From positions 62,001 through 126,000 of the forward strand of contig JAQGDQ010002390.1 of assembly GCA_030141605.1 (NCBI GenBank): a DNA stretch of 64,000 bases. The letters are read 5' to 3'. The DNA comes from Tubiluchus corallicola (taxonomy: Eukaryota > Animalia > Priapulida). The position numbers and the translations under genes were made by a program. Under the pieces are notes generated by a model. The model was not told the origin of the DNA. It saw only the letters and a list, made by a program, of their open reading frames with translations, and ran no database searches. The first letter of the stretch is position 1, and each line of letters starts with the position of its first letter. Shown here piece by piece: positions 40,102 through 50,538 of the stretch.

Positions 40102-41259
40102 ATGGATAATTTTACTTTTCAAAATCCTGTAAAAATTATCTTCGGAAAAGGGAAAATCGCTTCCCTCTCTTCTGAAATTCCCAAGGATGAAAAAATCTTC
40201 CTTACCTACGGAGGCGGCAGTATTTTTAAAAATGGCGTTATGGATCAAGTCAAAGACGCTTTAAAAAACCATACGGTGATCGAATTCGGCGGTATTGAAC
40301 CTAATCCACAATACGCAACCCTGATGAAAGCCGTCTCCCGTGTGCGTGAAGAAAAATGTACCTTCCTTCTCGCGGTCGGCGGGGGATCCGTCCTAGACGG
40401 AACAAAATTCATCGCCGCAGCCACCCCCTTTCAGGGAGATGACCCATGGAATATTATCGCTAAAAGAATTCCTATCGATACAGCCCTTCCTATCGGTACT
40501 GTGCTCACCCTTCCAGCAACAGGATCAGAAATGAACCCAGGAGCCGTTATCTCCCGCGAGGATACAGGTGATAAAAGCGGCTTTAGAAGCCCTCTTCTCT
40601 ATCCAAAATTCTCCATCTTAGATCCGGAGACGACCTTTTCCCTGCCTCCTGTGCAAACCGCAAACGGTATTATTGACGCTTTCTTACACGTCACAGAACA
40701 ATATCTCACCTACCCGCAAAACGCTCCCGTACAAGATCGTATAGCGGAAGGGCTGCTGCAAACACTGATCGAAGAAGGGCCAAAAGCCCTTAACACTCCC
40801 CAAGATTACACCGCTAGAGCCAATATCATGTGGGCCGCGACAATGGCTCTTAACGGAATTATTGGCGCCGGCGTCACATCAGATGGAGTCTCTCATGTCC
40901 TCGGACACCAAATCACAGCCGAATATGGACTTGACCACGGACAAACACTCGCTATCCTCCTACCCGCCGTCATGCAGGTGCGGCAAAAACAGAAAAAAGA
41001 AAAAATTCTGCAATACGCCGAGCGAGTCTGGAATATTACAGAAGGTGACGAAAATACACGCATCTATACAGCTATTGAAAAAACAAAACTATTCTTTGAA
41101 AGCCTGAATATGCCAACATCCCTTCAAGCCTATAATCTTCCGGAAAATTGCGTCGACATACTCTATGGGCGCATTGTCGCAAAAAATAAAAACGCACTCG
41201 GCGAAAAAAAAGATATTACACCAGATATCAGTAAAGAAATTTACCAAACAGCTTATTAA
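40102..41259 (+). CDS. yqhD: Iron-containing aldehyde reductase, YqhD-like, copy 2
   Basis: Tandem paralogue of copy 1 with the same MDNFTFQNPVKIIFGKG start; RBS GGAG before ATG 40102. Confidence 0.93.
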   Translation: MDNFTFQNPVKIIFGKGKIASLSSEIPKDEKIFLTYGGGSIFKNGVMDQVKDALKNHTVIEFGGIEPNPQYATLMKAVSRVREEKCTFLLAVGGGSVLDGTKFIAAATPFQGDDPWNIIAKRIPIDTALPIGTVLTLPATGSEMNPGAVISREDTGDKSGFRSPLLYPKFSILDPETTFSLPPVQTANGIIDAFLHVTEQYLTYPQNAPVQDRIAEGLLQTLIEEGPKALNTPQDYTARANIMWAATMALNGIIGAGVTSDGVSHVLGHQITAEYGLDHGQTLAILLPAVMQVRQKQKKEKILQYAERVWNITEGDENTRIYTAIEKTKLFFESLNMPTSLQAYNLPENCVDILYGRIVAKNKNALGEKKDITPDISKEIYQTAY

Positions 41260-41269
41260 CAAAATCTCA

Positions 41270-41303
41270 ATAATGCCACGCGCCTACAATAGCGTGGCAT
41301 TAT
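41270..41303. terminator. Bidirectional terminator between yqhD copy 2 and rne
   Basis: ATAATGCCACGC...GCGTGGCATTAT 12-bp inverted repeat between convergent genes. Confidence 0.7.
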
Positions 41304-41338
41304 CATTAATAAAATAATCACTTACACAAGACGCGTAA

Positions 41339-43930
41339 CTAGATACTTTTCTGCCACCAACCTTTACGCGGTTTCTCCGGCGTAGATTCTTCCAAGGGGC
41401 GGCTTTCCTCTTGTGGCACTTTATCCTTCACTTTTTTCCCCGCGGGAGTATCCGCCGCCTTCTTGGCCTTCGTCTTTTTCTTCGCGGGAGTATCCGCCGC
41501 CTTCTTAGGCTCTACCGTCTTTTTCTCCGCAGGAGTATCCGCCGCCTTCTTAGGCTCTACCGTCTTTTTCTCTGCAGGAGCATCCACCGTCTTCTTAGGC
41601 TCTGCGGCCTTAGCCATTTTTTTACTTTTTGTATCTTTCTGTTTTGTCTTTTTCTGACGTGGCGAGTCTTTCTTATCTTCCTCTTTTACAGTCGCTTCAG
41701 AAACCACTTCTTTCTTCTTCTTTTGCCTTGCTTTCTTAGGTCTTCCCGGCAATGCCGCCGCAAGCTCGGACTTCAACGTTTCCTTAGGCGAGAGGGGCTT
41801 TTCTTTCTGTACTACTGGCTCCACCGGTTCTTCCACCGTCTGCCAAGAAATATTTTCCATACTCGCAGCAAAAACCTCTTCTGTTAAAACAGAGGAGCCT
41901 TTCTCTTCCACAGCCGACTGTTGAGCGGGCGCAGATTCGGAAATCAGCTTTTGAGCGGGCGCAGATTCGGAAATCAACTTTTGAGCGGGCGCAGAAGTCG
42001 CTTCAGCAGAAGCTTCCCGCTTCTCTTTTACAGAATTATCAGACTGCTGCGAATTTTTCTCGGAAACCGCGGATTCCTCCATCGTTTTATCATTGCGCAC
42101 TTTCTTTTTATGATCACGCTTGCCTTGCTCTTTCTGGCGTCCACGTCGACGTTGAGAGGAGGATCTTGACTTTCTTCCCTCCGCCCTGTCTTCAGAAGAA
42201 GTCTCCTCTAGCGAAGCGTCAGAAGGGCTCTTCTCTGAAGAAGCAGGAGCATTCTCATTATCTTTTTCCTGTCCATTCTTTTCCTGCCCATTTTCAAAAG
42301 ACACGGCATCCTGATCTTTATTCTCATCCTGCCGTACACACTCAACTTCATACTGAGCCCCTAAAATATCCGGCGCGGCAAAAATATAAATCTTCACACT
42401 ATAATGCTCTTCAAGTCGAGATAAATAAACACGCTTGTAATTTAAAAGATAAACCGCCAACTCCGCAGAAGTCTTCACAGAGCAAATTTGCCCTTTCTCG
42501 TACGATTTCAGCTCCTGCTCTAAAAAACGCAGCATATCAAGAGCCGCCGTCTCTACAGAACGAATAGCACCCGCCCCCTGACAACAGGGGCAAGACCGCC
42601 AAGCCGCCTCCAAAACATTCGGACGTAAACGCTGGCGCGATAACTCCAGTAAACCAAACGAACTAATCGCGCCAATCTGAATCTTCGAACGATCCTCCTT
42701 CATCGCCTCCCGCAGCCGACGCTCTACCAGATTACGATTCCGCACCAAATCCATATCAATAAAATCAATCACAACCAATCCCGCTAAATCTCGCAAACGA
42801 AGCTGGCGCGCGATTTCATCCGCCGCCTCAAGATTTGTGCGAAGTGCCGTCTCCTCAATCCCTTTCTCACGCGTTCCCTTGCCAGAATTAACATCAATAG
42901 AAACAAGAGCTTCCGTCGGATTGAGAACAATACTCCCTCCCGACGGCAACATAACATGAGGAGAGACTGTCTTTTGCAACGTCTCCTCAATATCATAATG
43001 GGCAAATAAAGAAGGAGGCCCATTGTAAAGAGAAATCTTCTTCGCATGAGAAGGCATCAAAATACGCATGAAATCCTTCGCTACACGGAAAGCGGACTCA
43101 CCCTCCACTAAAATCTCATCAATATCACGGCTGTAAAGATCTCGAATTGCCCTCTTTAATAAATTGGCCTCCTCATATAATAAAGCCGGGCCAACAACCT
43201 CTAACGCCTCTTTTCGCAAACTATTCCAAAGATTAGCCAAATACTCATAATCACGGAAAATCTCCAGCCGACTTCGATGCGCCCCCGCTGTCCGAACAAT
43301 AACAGCCATTCCTTCAGGAACATCCAAACCCCCTAAAACACTACGAAGACGACGGCGATCATTCCCTTGCATAATCTTACGGGAAACCCCTCCGCCATAC
43401 AGAGAATTCGGCATAAAAACACAAAAACGACCCGCAAGCGATAAATAGGTTGTCAACGCCGCTCCCTTATTCCCTCGCTCCTCCCTAACAACTTGCACAA
43501 GAAGACATTGACGACGGCGAAGTACACGCTGCATACTATAACGCTGCCAAAATAGCAACTTGCTCTGAGAGTCCGACTCCTCTTCCTGATCAGAATCCCA
43601 CTCCTCAAAATCATCACCATCCTGCGATCGTTGAGATCTCTTCTTCCGAATCTCATTGTAAATCTCCATCCGCTCGGAGGAGGAAATATGATAATAATCC
43701 GGATGAACCTCCGAAAACGGAAGAAAACCATGCCGACCATCCTCATAACTGACAAATACAGCCTGAAGCGAAGGCTCTATACGCGCGATACGCGCTATAT
43801 ATATATTCCCTTTTAAACGACGACGATTGCGAATCTCAACATCATAATCATCTATCCGAGAACCTGCTGAGATCACAACCCTCATTTCCTCAGAGTGCGA
43901 CGCATCAATCAGCATCTTCTTATTGACCAT
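41339..43930 (-). CDS. rne: Ribonuclease E (Rne/Rng family) with disordered C-terminal scaffold
   Basis: MLIDA.H.EE.RV, KGNIY, EPSLQA.FV, RHGFLPFSE.HPDY, ERGNKGAALTT, IDVNSG, LRLRDLAGL.VIDFIDM, CPCC Zn-link, C-terminal RKGWW. Confidence 0.97.
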   Translation of the reverse strand: MVNKKMLIDASHSEEMRVVISAGSRIDDYDVEIRNRRRLKGNIYIARIARIEPSLQAVFVSYEDGRHGFLPFSEVHPDYYHISSSERMEIYNEIRKKRSQRSQDGDDFEEWDSDQEEESDSQSKLLFWQRYSMQRVLRRRQCLLVQVVREERGNKGAALTTYLSLAGRFCVFMPNSLYGGGVSRKIMQGNDRRRLRSVLGGLDVPEGMAVIVRTAGAHRSRLEIFRDYEYLANLWNSLRKEALEVVGPALLYEEANLLKRAIRDLYSRDIDEILVEGESAFRVAKDFMRILMPSHAKKISLYNGPPSLFAHYDIEETLQKTVSPHVMLPSGGSIVLNPTEALVSIDVNSGKGTREKGIEETALRTNLEAADEIARQLRLRDLAGLVVIDFIDMDLVRNRNLVERRLREAMKEDRSKIQIGAISSFGLLELSRQRLRPNVLEAAWRSCPCCQGAGAIRSVETAALDMLRFLEQELKSYEKGQICSVKTSAELAVYLLNYKRVYLSRLEEHYSVKIYIFAAPDILGAQYEVECVRQDENKDQDAVSFENGQEKNGQEKDNENAPASSEKSPSDASLEETSSEDRAEGRKSRSSSQRRRGRQKEQGKRDHKKKVRNDKTMEESAVSEKNSQQSDNSVKEKREASAEATSAPAQKLISESAPAQKLISESAPAQQSAVEEKGSSVLTEEVFAASMENISWQTVEEPVEPVVQKEKPLSPKETLKSELAAALPGRPKKARQKKKKEVVSEATVKEEDKKDSPRQKKTKQKDTKSKKMAKAAEPKKTVDAPAEKKTVEPKKAADTPAEKKTVEPKKAADTPAKKKTKAKKAADTPAGKKVKDKVPQEESRPLEESTPEKPRKGWWQKSI
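41442..41605 (-). repeat. In-frame tandem repeat, about 4 copies of 42-45 bp, in rne
   Basis: Units begin at 41442, 41484, 41529 and 41574; encodes (A)EKKTVEPKKAADTP. Confidence 0.9.
41921..41995 (-). repeat. In-frame tandem repeat, 2.5 copies of 30 bp, in rne
   Basis: TTGAGCGGGCGCAGATTCGGAAATCA[G/A]CTT; encodes SAPAQKLISE. Confidence 0.92.
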
Positions 43931-44109
43931 TTATTAAAAAACTCCAAATTCTTTCGCTCTGGCCACATCGTCAGGCACTACACCCTAAAATTAACAAAAC
44001 GCAACCAGGAAAATTCCTTAACTTTTTCTATAACCTACTTTTCAAAAAGGCTTTCATCTTATTTTTTTTCTCAGAAAATAAACCCATACCTAATAGTAAA
44101 TAAAAACTA

Positions 44110-44125
44110 TTAAAATATATTTAAC
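44110..44125 (+). promoter_or_regulatory. CtrA-box consensus match in the rne/amiC divergent region
   Basis: TTAA-AATATAT-TTAAC (TTAA-N7-TTAAC); AT-rich context lowers confidence. Confidence 0.4.
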
Positions 44126-44334
44126 CGATAAAGCCTTAACACTATTAAAAATATCTCTCTTTAATCCATTATCCCTATAAATGAATTTCCTCTTATAATA
44201 ATCAATTCAACCATATAACTCTTTAATAAAAGTATCTTTAGAAAATAATATATGCTATTAATTTTCTCTTATAGATATAACTATAATATAATATCTAAAT
44301 TATTTATAAACCTAAACATCAGTAAAAATTTATC

Positions 44335-45654
44335 GTGGCTATACAATATAAAAAACTCATTACTTATATTTATTATATAATTTTCTATTTTTATAGCATT
44401 ATTTTCCTATGCATGATCGCTCCCGCGGCAGCATACCCCACATCATCTGAAGGGGAAATTCTCTCAATCCGCACAGGTATACCAGAAAAAAATGTTTCCC
44501 GTATCGTCTTTGAAACGAATTACGTCCCTTCTTTTCTCTTTTCCTTTGACCATAAAAACCACGCTCTGAAAATTCATCTTCCTGACAAAAAAAATAACGC
44601 TCTCGCTAATATAACGCGTGAACAGTTTGGTGTCATTAAAAAACTCTCTTACGATAAAAATAAGAATATAATTGAAATCTCTTTTAATGGACCTATCATC
44701 ATCACGCGACATTTCGTCTTATTTCCATCCATTGATTCCCCACACCATCGATTCATAATCGATTTTCAAAAAACAGCCCCTCAAATATGGAACAGCTATA
44801 GCTCGGAGATCATCTTTGGCGATCAATGGCACAAAAATTCCTTTGAAAAAACAGCCGCGCTTAAAAATTTGGAAAACCTCATCCAACGCCTAAACGCAAT
44901 CGAAAGCAGTCGACCCACAGATTATCCTCTACCAGCACCTCCTGTTGAAAGGCCTTATATCCCCATTGTCGTTATCGACCCAGGACACGGAGGAAGAGAC
45001 CCAGGCGCCATTTCAGGCCATACGCAAGAAAAAAATATTACCCTGAACGTCTCCCATAAAATCGCTAACGAACTCTTACAAACAAATAAAATAACCGCCT
45101 ATCTCACACGAACAAAAGATCAAACTAAAAAACTCAAAGAACGTATAGAATTCGCCCGAGAAAAAAAAGCAGACCTGTTTATCTCCATCCACGCTGACAA
45201 AAATCCCGTGCAAAATCTACACGGATTCTCTGTCTATACCCTCTCAAAAGACGCTTCGGATAAAGAAGCACAAGCCCTGGCAGAACGCGAAAACACCGTC
45301 GACTTCATCGACGATATCTCTATAGAACAAGACGATCAAGAGCTATCAGAACTCTTCTTTGACCTCATACGAACACAAACACAAAAAGAATCCCTCCAAG
45401 CAGCACGGAATATTATTCAAGACCTCAAAAAATACAGCGAACCAATCAACACCCCACAACGATCCGCTAATTTCGCCGTTCTAAGATCTCCTGAAATTCC
45501 CTCTGTCCTTGTAGAAATCGGCTTTCTGTCCAATAAAGAAGATCAGCGAAAACTCTCCACCAGAATCTACCAGCAAGCGATCGCTAAAGGAATAGCAGAC
45601 GGAATCATCTCCTATCTGGAAGAAATCAACCTCTTTCCTCTCACAATCCACTAA
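44335..45654 (+). CDS. amiC: N-acetylmuramoyl-L-alanine amidase (AMIN + Amidase_3)
   Basis: Signal-like N-terminus; VIDPGHGGRDPGA, EKNITL, ADLFISIHAD, A.FAVL.SP.IPSVLVE.GFLSN. Confidence 0.93.
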   Translation: MAIQYKKLITYIYYIIFYFYSIIFLCMIAPAAAYPTSSEGEILSIRTGIPEKNVSRIVFETNYVPSFLFSFDHKNHALKIHLPDKKNNALANITREQFGVIKKLSYDKNKNIIEISFNGPIIITRHFVLFPSIDSPHHRFIIDFQKTAPQIWNSYSSEIIFGDQWHKNSFEKTAALKNLENLIQRLNAIESSRPTDYPLPAPPVERPYIPIVVIDPGHGGRDPGAISGHTQEKNITLNVSHKIANELLQTNKITAYLTRTKDQTKKLKERIEFAREKKADLFISIHADKNPVQNLHGFSVYTLSKDASDKEAQALAERENTVDFIDDISIEQDDQELSELFFDLIRTQTQKESLQAARNIIQDLKKYSEPINTPQRSANFAVLRSPEIPSVLVEIGFLSNKEDQRKLSTRIYQQAIAKGIADGIISYLEEINLFPLTIH

Positions 45655-45710
45655 TCCTCCCTTTTCAGCTTTCTCCCGCCGACAGCTCTTCTCATAGCGC
45701 AAAAATAAAC

Positions 45711-45739
45711 TGGACGGTCTATAAAGAACCCTGTATTAT
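45711..45739 (+). promoter_or_regulatory. Sigma70-like promoter for prs
   Basis: TGGACG-N17-TATTAT. Confidence 0.45.
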
Positions 45740-45781
45740 GCTCATAATCAGTCAAAACAGCTTAATTCATAAGGAATAAAC

Positions 45782-46726
45782 ATGAAAATCGTTGCTTGTA
45801 ACAGTAATCAACCCCTGGCGGAAGATATCGCAGCTTACCTGAATATGCCCCTTACAAAAACAAGTATACGCCGCTTCTCTGATATGGAAGTCTTTGTGGA
45901 AATCCATGAAAATGTGCGCGGAGAAGACGTTTTTGTCATCCAATCAACCTCCTACCCCGCAAACGATAACCTTATGGAACTCCTTGTTACCTTAGACGCC
46001 CTTAAACGAGGATCCGCAAAACGCATCACCGCTGTTATTCCTTACTTCGGATACGCTAGGCAGGATAGAAAATCCGCCCCTCGATCCCCAATCTCCGCAA
46101 AACTTGTCGCCAACCTCATTACAACCGCAGGCGCAAGCCGCGTTTTGACAATCGATCTCCATGCCGGCCAAATTCAAGGGTTTTTTGATATCCCTCTGGA
46201 CAATCTCTATGGCGGCCTTATCTTCACAAGAAATATCCGCGCCAATTTCGATGAGAATAAATTTATCATCATTTCCCCAGACGTCGGAGGTGTCGTGCGT
46301 GCACGAACACTCGCTAGACGCTTGCGCGCCGACCTGGCCATCATCGATAAACGACGAGAACAAGCCGGTATCTCCGAGGTCATGAATATCATCGGTGATA
46401 TAAAAGAAAAAGATTGTATCCTTATTGACGATATCGCCGATTCCGCAGGAACCTTATGCAACGCCGCAGAAGCCCTTATGGATGAGGGTGCCCGCTCTGT
46501 ACACGCCTATGTAACACACGGCGTCCTTTCCGGCGGTGCCATCGCGCGTATCGATGCCTCCCCTTTAAAAACATTCATCACGACAGATACTATTCGAGCC
46601 ACACAAGCCCTAAAAGCATCTCCAAACATTCAACAGCTTTCCGTCGCTTCTCTCATGGCCGAAGCTATCGATCGAATCCACTCGGAAACATCCGTCTCCT
46701 GCCTTTTTGAAGAAGCGTTAAATTAA
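45782..46726 (+). CDS. prs: Ribose-phosphate pyrophosphokinase
   Basis: [57 protein letters not shown]. Confidence 0.98.
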   Translation: MKIVACNSNQPLAEDIAAYLNMPLTKTSIRRFSDMEVFVEIHENVRGEDVFVIQSTSYPANDNLMELLVTLDALKRGSAKRITAVIPYFGYARQDRKSAPRSPISAKLVANLITTAGASRVLTIDLHAGQIQGFFDIPLDNLYGGLIFTRNIRANFDENKFIIISPDVGGVVRARTLARRLRADLAIIDKRREQAGISEVMNIIGDIKEKDCILIDDIADSAGTLCNAAEALMDEGARSVHAYVTHGVLSGGAIARIDASPLKTFITTDTIRATQALKASPNIQQLSVASLMAEAIDRIHSETSVSCLFEEALN

Positions 46727-46740
46727 ACTATAGAAAATCA

Positions 46741-48858
46741 CTAAAATACAGAAGAAATCGGAAATAAATACTCATGCTCACGCTCGTGCTCATCGCCTCT
46801 TAAACGAAAATGATAAATCCGAAAGTTTTCAAAAATACGCTGTGTATAATTGCGAGTCTCCCGAAAAGGAATCCTCTCTATCCAGTCAATCACATCATCT
46901 GTCGACATTAAACGAGGATCGCCAAACCGCTCCACCCATTCGTTAGCACGCGATGGACCCGCATTATAAGCCGCAATCGCCAAAACATAACTTCCCTCAA
47001 ACTGCTCCAGCAAGTCCGCAAGATAATGCTGCCCAATCGCAATATTATAAACTGTATTCTTCAATAACTCCTGCGCGCCCCGCCAGCGGATATTATGCTT
47101 TACCGCCGTAACCTTCGCTGTCTCAGGCAAAATCTGCATCATCCCTAAAGCACCCGCAGAACTAGACGCCCGCTTATTAAAAGAACTCTCCTGGCGAACA
47201 ATCGCATGAATCAACGCCGAATCAACCCGTACAGAAATATTATGCCGCTTTAAAACAGATTCCACATCTAAAACCGGCCATCCCTCCACCGCTCTTAAAA
47301 TCCCCTTACGAGACAGCTTCTTCGACCAGTAAACCGCAATATCATACCGCTCAACAGAAAGAGAAAGCTGAGCACACGCAAGCTGTAACTCTATGGGGTC
47401 ATGATCCGTACAAGCCTCCATTAAAAAATTACGCATCCAATCATTGCGCTCCAGCTGCTGTAAAAAATTCACAACACGAACAGGTAAACGATCATAAAAA
47501 TCATACTTTTTTACAGCCTGCAAAGTATCACCACGCGCAAAAAAAGTAAAAATAGGATCAACATCATACTGCTCAAGACGCTCTAAAGCCAACTGGCCAT
47601 AAAATGTCTGCGGCAATAAAATAGCCTTATTATACCAATAATAAGCCTGCTTCTTATCCCCCATATCCTCATGGGATCTTCCAAGCCAATACGCTCCGCG
47701 CGACTTGCTAATCGGAAGAGAGGTCGAATCATAAAAATTCTGAAAATGAGAAATCGCCCACGCCGGCTTTTCCGCGAAACGCAGCGCTATCCAACCCGAC
47801 AACCACTCGGCTTCTATATAAGACGCCCCTTTGGTCAAACCATGCTGCCGTGCCAGCGAAAGCGCCATTTTCGCGTTCCCGAACTCTAGTGCCTTACGCG
47901 CCGCTATAGAACGCTCCACCCAAATCTTTCTATTATAACTCTCCGGAAAAGACGAAGGCCAAGAAACAGATAATAATAATTTTCCCGCCTCCTCATGCCG
48001 TTCAGAACGACGCAGCCAACGAACACGCTCATAAATTAAACCCAGATCTCCCTTCAAATCTAGAGCGACCGCCTCAACAGCCTCCTCAACAGCCGGCGCC
48101 TTGCGCGCCAACGCTAAACGCGCCAACGCTAAAGTCTTATAGCGCTCATCATGAATCAACGCCAGCATCCTATCCGCCGGCTCATACCGCCCAAGCCAAA
48201 TCAGCCTATTTAAACGAGCCCAATGATCCTCTAATGTTAAAAAAAGACTCGCAAGCATATAGAATTTCTGCTCCTGCTGTAAGGAAAAAGATGCTTCAAC
48301 CCATGTATAAGAAGCATACTCACGAGCCTCCTCCATGCGCTGATTGCGCAATAAAGAATCTAAAAAATAAATCTTCCCATTCGCCGTCTTGGGATATTTA
48401 TCTCGAAACCATAACGATATCAGCTCATCATCAACATTACTATCAATACTCTGCTCCATATACTGGGTAATACGACTTTTTAAAGGCCAGTCCGAATGCT
48501 GCTTTAAAAAATCCCACCTCTTCTCAAAAGAAACGTCCCCTTGAGACTCCTCCTCGCCATCCACAGGAGAAGCGTAATGAGCCCACAATGTAAATAAGGA
48601 TAATAAAGAATTCCCCAGCTGGCTGGCTTTCTGCTGCGCATTATCCCACTTCTTGTTATCAATATCCTTTAAAACAGCCTGTGCCTTCTCTATCTCGCTC
48701 TTGGAAAGCTCATGAGGGTTTTCACTCGCCCCAACAGGGCTTCCATAGGTAGAAAACACTATCCCTATAAACAAACAGATCTTATAAAAATAAAATCCCT
48801 CCTTTGAAAATAGGCCTGCTCTTAATCCAACTCTATAGTTCCCTATGCGCAAGATCAT
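46741..48858 (-). CDS. slt: Soluble lytic murein transglycosylase (Slt70-like)
   Basis: EAEWLSGWIALR, YWLGR, TFYGQLA, IVRQESSF, GALGMMQILP.TA, AAYNAGP, IPFRETRNY; divergent from dapA. Confidence 0.93.
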   Translation of the reverse strand: MILRIGNYRVGLRAGLFSKEGFYFYKICLFIGIVFSTYGSPVGASENPHELSKSEIEKAQAVLKDIDNKKWDNAQQKASQLGNSLLSLFTLWAHYASPVDGEEESQGDVSFEKRWDFLKQHSDWPLKSRITQYMEQSIDSNVDDELISLWFRDKYPKTANGKIYFLDSLLRNQRMEEAREYASYTWVEASFSLQQEQKFYMLASLFLTLEDHWARLNRLIWLGRYEPADRMLALIHDERYKTLALARLALARKAPAVEEAVEAVALDLKGDLGLIYERVRWLRRSERHEEAGKLLLSVSWPSSFPESYNRKIWVERSIAARKALEFGNAKMALSLARQHGLTKGASYIEAEWLSGWIALRFAEKPAWAISHFQNFYDSTSLPISKSRGAYWLGRSHEDMGDKKQAYYWYNKAILLPQTFYGQLALERLEQYDVDPIFTFFARGDTLQAVKKYDFYDRLPVRVVNFLQQLERNDWMRNFLMEACTDHDPIELQLACAQLSLSVERYDIAVYWSKKLSRKGILRAVEGWPVLDVESVLKRHNISVRVDSALIHAIVRQESSFNKRASSSAGALGMMQILPETAKVTAVKHNIRWRGAQELLKNTVYNIAIGQHYLADLLEQFEGSYVLAIAAYNAGPSRANEWVERFGDPRLMSTDDVIDWIERIPFRETRNYTQRIFENFRIYHFRLRGDEHEREHEYLFPISSVF

Positions 48859-49093
48859 AAAATATGTTGCCTCTTATAAATCACAAGTTATACTTATCCA
48901 TTGTATATCTAAACAAAAAATTATCTAAATATTAAAATTGTTTAATTATCTACCATACTGAAAATTAGAGTGCCGAAATAAAACACAACATTTAATTATC
49001 TAAGGTAAAAATTGTAGAATATTATTGTAAAAATTACAAATCATTTATTTTAAAATAACATATCCACATAGCTGCTTATTTCAGGAGAAAACA

Positions 49094-49975
49094 ATGTTCA
49101 CTGCGCATGGGTCCATCCCCGCCCTCATAACACCTTTTCAAAACCAGAAGATTGATATAAACACTTTCCAAAATATTGTCAAGTGGCAAATCCAAAGTGG
49201 AAGTCATGCCCTCGTTCCTTCCGGAACAACAGGAGAATCCCCAACCCTCAGCCATCAAGAGCATGAAATGATCATTGAGGCCTGCGTGGAAACTGCGCAA
49301 AAAAAATGCCCAGTTATCGCCGGAACCGGCTCCAACTCTACGCAAAGAGCAATCGCCCTAACACAATTCGCGCAAAAAGTCGGCGCCGACGCCGCCCTCA
49401 TTGTTCTCCCTTACTATAACAAGCCTTCCCAAAAAGGACTCTATGAACATTATAAAGCTATCGCAACCTCTGCCGATATTCCTATCATTATCTATAACAT
49501 ACCAGGACGATGCGTTATCGCTATGAATAACGATACCATGCTGGAACTTACAAAAAAATTCCCAGCCATATGCGGCGTGAAAGACGCGACACAAAACCTC
49601 GAGAAACCAACCATCATGCGCGATCTCGCCGGAGAAAATTTCTGCCTCCTCTCCGGAGATGACCCAACATCCTTGCCCTTTCTCGCCGCCGGAGGCCACG
49701 GCTGCATCTCGGTAACAGCCAATATAGCACCAGAACTCTGCGCCAGCATGCATATCGCATGGCAAAATCGCCAGTATGAAAAAGCACTGGAAATCCACCA
49801 GCGCCTTATGCCCCTCCATAACGCTCTCTTCTGTGATACAAGCCCCGTACCCGTGAAATACGCAGCCTCCCTTCTGGGACTTTGCTCCCCTGAAGTCCGC
49901 CTCCCTCTCTATGAACTTTCCGACGAAAATAAACGCCATATCCAAAATATTATGAAATCTACAGGCATACTATAA
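49094..49975 (+). CDS. dapA: 4-hydroxy-tetrahydrodipicolinate synthase
   Basis: ALITPF, GTTGESPTL, AGTGSNST, PYYNKP, YNIPGR, GVKDAT, LSGDD, GCISVTAN. Confidence 0.98.
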   Translation: MFTAHGSIPALITPFQNQKIDINTFQNIVKWQIQSGSHALVPSGTTGESPTLSHQEHEMIIEACVETAQKKCPVIAGTGSNSTQRAIALTQFAQKVGADAALIVLPYYNKPSQKGLYEHYKAIATSADIPIIIYNIPGRCVIAMNNDTMLELTKKFPAICGVKDATQNLEKPTIMRDLAGENFCLLSGDDPTSLPFLAAGGHGCISVTANIAPELCASMHIAWQNRQYEKALEIHQRLMPLHNALFCDTSPVPVKYAASLLGLCSPEVRLPLYELSDENKRHIQNIMKSTGIL

Positions 49976-49987
49976 GGGCAAACCCTC

Positions 49988-50467
49988 ATGGCTAAAAAAA
50001 AGACCGCACCGGAAAATATAAAAATTATCGCTCAAAACCGAAAAGCCAGATTCCTTTATAAAATTATTGAAACATTCGAAGCCGGCATCATCCTAAAAGG
50101 ATCAGAAGTCAAATCCCTGCGACTGGGGCAGGCCAGCATTAACGAAAGTTACGTCTCTGTTCATCAGGGGAAACTTATGCTTATCAACGCCTCTATTTCC
50201 CCTTATAAAAACAGCGCCCACTTTACTCATGAGGAACGACAGGCCCGAACTCTGCTTATGCATAAAAAAGAAATCAAACGATTCATCGGCGCTATCGAAC
50301 GAAAAGGATTAACCCTAATTCCCCTCATGCTTTATTTCAACAAACGCGGAATCGCGAAAGTAAAAATCGCCCTCGCGTCCGGAAAAACAAAGATCGATCA
50401 ACGGCAAACCATCAAAGAAAGAGAATGGAAACGAGAACAGGGACGCTTACTGCGCAATAAATATTAA
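49988..50467 (+). CDS. smpB: SsrA-binding protein
   Basis: NRKARF.Y, EAGI.L.GSEVKSLR, R.LL.HKKEI, GK...D.R..IKEREWKR. Confidence 0.98.
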   Translation: MAKKKTAPENIKIIAQNRKARFLYKIIETFEAGIILKGSEVKSLRLGQASINESYVSVHQGKLMLINASISPYKNSAHFTHEERQARTLLMHKKEIKRFIGAIERKGLTLIPLMLYFNKRGIAKVKIALASGKTKIDQRQTIKEREWKREQGRLLRNKY

Positions 50468-50538
50468 CATCCTAAAAAAATACCCTTAAAATCTAACAGA
50501 GTATAATAAACACAGCTCTCTTACCGCCCCATACACGC

